DNA of 64,000 nucleotides from Eledone cirrhosa (Eukaryota): NCBI GenBank assembly GCA_964016885.1, contig OZ024756.1, positions 34,534,001 to 34,598,000 of the forward strand, read 5' to 3'. Shown piece by piece: positions 57,222 to 64,000 of this stretch (position 1 is its first letter; each line of letters starts with the position of its first letter). The notes under the pieces were generated by a model. It saw only the letters and a program-made list of their open reading frames with translations, ran no database searches and was not told where the DNA came from. The position numbers and the translations under genes were made by a program.

Positions 57222-57830
57222 TATAGAATTCACAAGAATCAAAGCTATATTCCAAGCATTTATTCACTTACAATTGTTTCATCCAAACCTAGGCTTGGAG
57301 TCTTCGGAGCATTTTTCAATGTTTGTACACATAATTGACCTCCTTTCCAACGCAAGAGACATACAGATACATATATATAATGATGTACAGTGGAGTGGCA
57401 TATATTATACTATACTATCTTTGTACAGCAATTCAAATTCAAAATCAAAATTAAAATTAAAATCAAAATCAAAATTAAAATACATTCGGCAGATAACACA
57501 GATAATGCAAGAGCATAGTTTGATAGTCAGGTCTAGTAGGTAGTGTATGCGTTAGTTACACATGGAGCATGCAAGTGTGTCTCATTTTTATACTATTATT
57601 GTGTGGCAGGGTGTTACACGTAATGCAAGCACTTTAAGCGGGTAAGCAAGATTATTATGGCGGTTGTAGTGGTAGGGTATTTTTGTATAGAACAAAAAAG
57701 TCAGGAAAGGAGGTCAATTATGTGTACAAACATTGAAAAATGCTCCGAAGACTCCAAGCCTAGGTTTGGATGAAACAATTATAAGTGAATAAATGCTTTG
57801 AACATAGCTTTGATTCTTGTGAATTCTATA
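57222..57830. mobile_element. 127-bp inverted-repeat element with hammerhead-variant motifs in both arms (Penelope-like terminal structure)
   Basis: Arms 57222-57348 and 57704-57830 are near-perfect reverse complements. Each has CCGAAGA-C-TCCAAGC-ctag-GTTTGGA-T-GAAAC-AATT(G/A)TA. The right arm ends in (TA)n. Confidence 0.65.
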
Positions 57831-57942
57831 TATATATATATATATATATTTGAATGGATGTATAATATATATACACATACATATATATATATGTGTGTGC
57901 ATGTATATATTCAGTATATATATTCGCATTTTCCTCTTTATA

Positions 57943-57998
<56 letters not shown>

Positions 57999-58766
57999 AA
58001 TACAAATTGTTTTGATTGTCAGTTGAGGGTTTGTAATGGAGTGGGTGGTAAAAAAAGCTTTGATGAAATGAGATTGTTCTCCCAACAATTAATAGACAAT
58101 AGACAACAAAATACTCCCCTCCGGGGGGGGGGGTTAGTGGAGTAGTGGGCTGGTGGAGTGGTGGGGTGGTGCGTGTTATAGGTCTGAAAAAACAAACATC
58201 AAAAAGCAAGGAGGTGAGGGGGTATTCATTAAATAGAAGGGTTGATTTGGGGGACTATAACAAACACTCTAATACCTGTAGTAGTAGTAGTAGTAGTGGT
58301 GGTGGTGGTGGTGGTGGTAAACCTAAACATTCTGATGCTTGTTCATTGGCTAATTACACAAACACCCCCACCCACCCCCACACACATGCACCACACCACA
58401 AACACCATCACCTCCACATCACTACCATCAACACCACCATCAACATCAACACCAACATCACTATCATCAAAAGCCATCACCAAAACTACCACAACCACCA
58501 CTACCACCACCGCAACAATGACCACCAAGACCACCACCATACCTCTCCCTACCACCGTCACCACCACCACCACCACTACCACCTCCACTACCACCACCAC
58601 AACAGCCACCAAGACCCCCCCGCCCCCCCCCCCCCCCCCATTAAAAAAAACTAATCAAGTTGAATTTATATTATTTTTCCTCTATCTTTTCTCTCCCTCA
58701 TTATTTCTCCAGTCTTAAAAAAAAGGAGTCCTTACTAAAATGTCTGCCAGTTCAATAAGTGGAGAA

Positions 58767-58860
58767 ATGAAACGAATGTGGTCAGTATTGGTGTTGTTGT
58801 TGGTGTTGTTGTTTACTATGGTCACTTCTACAACTGCTAAACCAGGTATATAACTCATTT

Positions 58861-58934
<74 letters not shown>

Positions 58935-61900
58935 CTCTTTCTCTCTCTCTCCTGCTCTTTCTCTCTCTCTGTTTACATTCTTTCTTTCTTTCTTGCTTGC
59001 TTTATCTCTTTCTTTCTTGTTTTTTTTGTTTAGCAGAGAACAATGGTAGTGCTGGTGCCATGATAAAATACACCCAGTACACTCTGTAAGTGATAGTACT
59101 GGTGCCATGATAATATGTACCCATTACACTCTGTAAAGCGGTAGTGTTGTTGCCATGATAATATGTACCTAGTACACTCTGTAAAGTGGTAGTGGTGGTG
59201 CCATGATGACATACACCCAGTACACTCTGCAAAGTGGTAGAACTTCTGTCATAATAACATGGACCCAGTACAGTCTGTTAGGTAGTAGTGCTGGTGCTAT
59301 GATAACATGCACCCAGTAGACTCTGTAAACTAACAGAAGCATATATAAAGACATATAGCTGTACATGCCTTCATATACACCTCTATTACAAAGCACACTA
59401 TGTTAGTGCAACTGCTAATTACTCCTAGGTGGTCTAGTCCACACTTTATGCAAATGAGCATATCCAACCAATGTTTGATATGCAAAAAAGGTATATAAGC
59501 TATAGCTTATTCTTGTCTCAGTACTGAATGAGAAAATGTCACAAATGACAGATAAAACACTAGAAACCTGTGCTTCTGAGATAGATGTGACATGATCAGA
59601 GATTAATATATCAACAGAAGAGCCAGACTACTGGATCAACCTTAATAAACAATTATATATATATGAGTATAGAATATTGAGTACTCATTCTTGGCTCAGC
59701 AATAATAACCGATATCTCTCTCTCTGTCTGTCTCTCTCTCCCTCTCTCTCTCTATATATGTGTGTTTATGTGTATGTGTATATATATATATATATGTGTG
59801 TATGTATATATATATATATGTATGTATATATATATGTATGTATATATATATATATATATGTATGTGTATATATATGTGTGTGTGCGATTGTCACATTGGT
59901 CAGGTGACCCAAACCAGATGACATTGTGCTGTTAGTGTTTGTGTGTGTGTGTGTCCACCTCTACCACCACCTCCTCTACCACCACCACCACCTCTTCTAC
60001 CACCACCACCACTTCTACCACATGACAAACATATTTCTGTTATAAACAGTTGACAAACTTTTATACATGAAAGAAACAAATACACTCCTTAGATTGGTGT
60101 GGTGGTGACATTTATAGGTCAGTGTTCCCACTACTTACACATATACACATACACACACATACATATACATACATACACATATACATGCAGGCAGACATTC
60201 ATGCACATGTGCACACATGGACACATGCACATACATGCACATGTGCACACATACACTCTCTGTGACAATCATACATACATACACATACACATACCCACGT
60301 GCACAATCATAGACACATGCATGTGTGTGAATACTGATAATGCTTACACACAGATGCATGTTCACACACATACATATATCGTCATCGTCATATATATCCT
60401 CACACATGCATGCTCACACACACACACTCCCACACATGCATATACATACACTCACACATACACAAGCATATACATACACATACATTCTCATATATACTCA
60501 CATACACTCACACACACATGCTCACACACATATACACACTGTGTCATAAGAGAAAACAAAACAAAGCAACAGTTTATGCTTTTATCTTGGTTGTATGATG
60601 CCTGTGTGCAATGTGCAATGTTGCAGGCTGGAGAGAAATGAAGCGAGCATGCTCTAGTGGATATGCAATGCTAAAGTTAAGATGGACAACACAGCATGGA
60701 TGATCTTTGAAAAAAGTTGGCTATAAGAGGAATCAGATATAATGTGCAAGAGGGAAAACTGTGTTGGTATAGTCATGTGATGTGTATGGATGATGATTGT
60801 TTGGTGAAGAAGTGCCAAGCAATCCCAGTTGAAAGGAGCTGTAGTAGGACAGAGTTTGTGAGAGCTGTGCCTCAGAGGAAGCTTCTATATAAACTATATC
60901 CCATAATACTTTATATATAAGCTATATCTCATAAGACTTTATATATAAACTATATCCCACAATACTTTATATATATACTATATCCCACAATACTTTATAT
61001 ATAAACTATATCCCACAATACCTTATATATAAACTATATCCCACAATACTTTATATATAAACTATATCCCACAATACTTTATATATAAACTATATCTCAC
61101 AATACTTTATATATATACTATATCCCACAATACTTTATATATAAACTATATCTCACAATACTTTGTATATATACTATATCCCACAATACTTTATATATAA
61201 ACTATATCTCACAATACTTTATATATATACTATATCCCACAATACTTTATATATAAACTATATCCCACAATACTTTATATATATACTATATCCCACAATA
61301 CTTTATATATAAACTATATCTCACAATACTTTATATATATACTATATCCCACAATACTTTATATATAAACCATATCCCACAATACCTTATATATAAACTA
61401 TATCCCACAATACTTTATATATAAACTATATCTCACAATACTTTGTATATATACTATATCCCACAATACTTTATATATAAACTATATCTCACAATATTTT
61501 TTATATAAACACTACTACTTTATATTTTGTGATTGTTTTCCTTCTTGTAGCCTCCAATGTCACAGCTAACCAATATCCAATATCAATGGCATTAATTGGT
61601 GGCCATTCTTATCCTGAAGGTATGAGACCTTGGCTGGTCTCACTTCAGTCCAAGACAGAGATTAAAAAGATTTTGGGATTATTTTCTGTGTATCGGACAT
61701 ATTGGTGTGGCGGTTCTTTAATCAATGACCAATGGGTTCTATCTGCTGCCCATTGCTTCTTTGGAGAAAGGTAAGTGCTTGACCTGTCCCTTCTTTGACC
61801 ATTTTTCTTACCAAAACTCTTTCCATACCAAACTGCCTGAAGCTACCTCCGTTTCTACAATACTTAATTGTTTTAAAGTGTTTACATTTATCTAAAAACC

Positions 61901-62072
61901 TTCCATCATAATTTTATGTAAGAACCTTTGTAAGGTTATGTTCCAAACACCAGCTTAATAACAAGAAAGTTAGTTATATTACTAATCCCCCCCCCCCTGC
62001 CATTTTCTTGAGTACCTTTTAGATTATCTGAAAATCATAGGCAGTGTCTTTTATTAGAAAGTTTTGGTAATG

Positions 62073-62115
<43 letters not shown>

Positions 62116-62688
62116 TATGTGGCAGGGTATCAGACATCATACAGTTTTGGCAATGCTGTTGTTGCTGTCACTGTTGTTCATATGAAATCCTCATGAAGTA
62201 CAATGCAGTCGAAAAATATGAAGGGTAAATTATGACAAATAAAATAAAACAAAGTAATGTTTTACCCAGTGTATTTTAACATGATATTTCAGGGCTAATA
62301 CACTCTTTTCAAATGTGGGGATGAAACAGTTCAAAACAAAACGAATGAGCTATGTGTTCTTCTTTAACTGACCTACGTGTCTTGTAATACACAAGCATGA
62401 AGTCGTTATAGTAACCAGTCTACCTCGTGCATTTCCGATCTATTATTTATCTGTGGTTTTCCCGGTTGATGATAATGACCTCTTTGATTTTTAAATTGCC
62501 TATATTCCTTTCTGTTGCCTAAATGTTGACCTTAATATCTTGGCTGAGGCATCTGTCAAGATGTTTTTTAACAGAAGAAGCTCTCATTGTCATGTGCTCC
62601 TTGATCCATATCTGCAGCATCCGGACGGTACTTCCGATGTACAAGAAGCTACATATTTAAATATATATATATATATATGTTTGTGTGC

Positions 62689-62728
<40 letters not shown>

Positions 62729-63162
62729 CCTGGGTTCAATAATGGGTAACCACAGTAAGTAAAGTACTCAATACATTAGTAGAGTGTAAACAACAAATTA
62801 AATAGATTTAATATAAAAATACCTTCTACAGGATTAGAACTGTTTCAAATTCATTAGGGCTTTCTTGATGATTCCCTTCGAATGAAACAGTTCTAGTCCT
62901 GTAGAAGCCATTCCTATATTAAATTTGTTGTTTTATATATATATATATATATACATACATACATACACTGTGAGGTCAACAAATCTTCCATCTCCCAAAT
63001 TCTCCAACAATAATGTCAACCACCAACCGTGTCAAATTCTTCAGTACAATATTCTACATTTTCTTTCTTTTTTTTTTTTTTTTCTCTATTTTCTGAATTT
63101 CTAGTTCAACCTCAATTCCTGTAGGAAGTTGGACAGCAAGACTAGCATCAACACACTTGAAA
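58767..63162 (+). CDS. Secreted trypsin-like serine protease (peptidase S1), 3'-partial
   Basis: Signal exon 58767-58845 ([26 protein letters not shown], phase 1; in-frame upstream ATG at 58740). Exon 61551-61770 ([29 protein letters not shown]). Exon 63105-63162 ([17 protein letters not shown]). Phases join. Catalytic Asp and Ser exons are not seen. Confidence 0.85.
60635..60850 (+). mobile_element. RTE-like LINE 3' fragment
   Basis: [30 protein letters not shown], similar to the RTE L.WYGHV.RM motif. Confidence 0.6.
60885..61510. repeat. Minisatellite, 28-bp unit, about 22 copies
   Basis: aatactttatatataaactatatcccac in tandem. Confidence 0.95.
61551..61770 (+). CDS. S1 protease exon with catalytic His (SAAHC)
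   Basis: ttgtag| acceptor, AAG|gtaag donor; [18 protein letters not shown]. Confidence 0.93.
62729..62935 (-). mobile_element. Inverted-repeat element, family 3 (opposite orientation)
   Basis: Reverse-complement match to 47230-47337 plus the same inverted arms; flanked by (GT)n and (TA)n. Confidence 0.6.
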
Positions 63163-63381
63163 GTAAGTCTTAGAACAGATATCTAAGGAATTGGTACTTG
63201 GGTTTGATGTTAAACACTTTCACATACTCATACATGCATATATTTGTGATACATATATATATATATACATACACACACATATATATATATATATGTCATA
63301 CCAGTAACCAGCTAGTACTTAGTACTACCCTCCATATTTATAGTTGTATTAAACATATATAAATATAAATATCCTTATTAC

Positions 63382-63412
<31 letters not shown>

Positions 63413-64000
63413 CTCATACACATACCCACCTCAAATAAAGACACAGACACATACTTATGTAAACTATATCAGATGTAACTACTACTACTACTACTACTAC
63501 TACTACAGGATGTATCATATTACCTATTGCACTCTAGAATTTGCTGTTAACTTTCAACAAACCTCAAGTTTCTCCCATTACTGATGATGTGTTTATGTTT
63601 TGATAACACAGAATATTTATAAAAAACACAGCTTTACTTTTCCCCACAGGCTCCTACAACCCACATTTTAGCAAAGTGATGTTGAATCTATACTTATAAA
63701 CTAGGTCTGTTAAACTCTCATGTCCTTTAACCCTTTCCTTACCATATTTGTAATGAAATACATCACCTATGATTTTCAAATTTTCAAATTCATTTGAAAA
63801 TAATAAAGACATTTTTAGAGAACTAACTTTTTCATTATTAAATTCTTTGTGACAATATTTCTAATGAAAGACACTGCCTATTATTTTCAAATAAATTAGA
63901 GAAATTAATAAGCTTCTGTTGGAGCATAATTTAATCATTTCTTTGCTTATGATGGTTCAATTAATTTTGAAAATTATCAAGAATTTAAATAATATAACTT

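Noticed and set aside
58145-58718. His-rich and Thr-rich ORFs upstream of the protease
   Set aside because: Degenerate (CAC/ACC)n low-complexity DNA; no evidence of coding.
63650-63675. Possible 26-nt protease micro-exon (APTTHILA)
   Set aside because: Good acceptor but weak donor (gtgatg) and an in-frame stop if read through; not listed as a feature without transcript data.

Overview
AT-rich, intron-rich animal DNA packed with (TA)n, (CA)n and (ATC)n microsatellites. The tRNA-derived SINE families and overall composition suggest a cephalopod (Octopus-like); this is an inference, not a database result. Three + strand genes were reconstructed by hand from GT-AG boundaries and reading-frame phase. 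(1) A USP15/USP4/USP11-family deubiquitinase with 22 exons at 7120-24207; its first coding exon was not found and is probably upstream of the window. (2) A RING-B-box-B-box-coiled-coil TRIM gene at 32956-~37974, apparently with no C-terminal domain. (3) The 5' part of a secreted S1 trypsin-like protease from 58767, running off the window. Mobile DNA includes an internally deleted mariner, a restriction-like-endonuclease (R4/Dong-like) retrotransposon 3' fragment, RTE and CR1 fragments, two SINE families, piggyBac-like and Tc1/pogo-like MITEs, and several minisatellites. The most notable signal is at least four distinct families of short non-coding elements in or next to (TA)n/(CA)n tracts. They carry minimal type-I hammerhead ribozyme motifs (CTGATGA-stem II-GAAA-palindromic stem III), often as inverted repeats, which matches Penelope-like element termini or retrozymes. 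Most ORFs in the supplied track are microsatellite or SINE artefacts.
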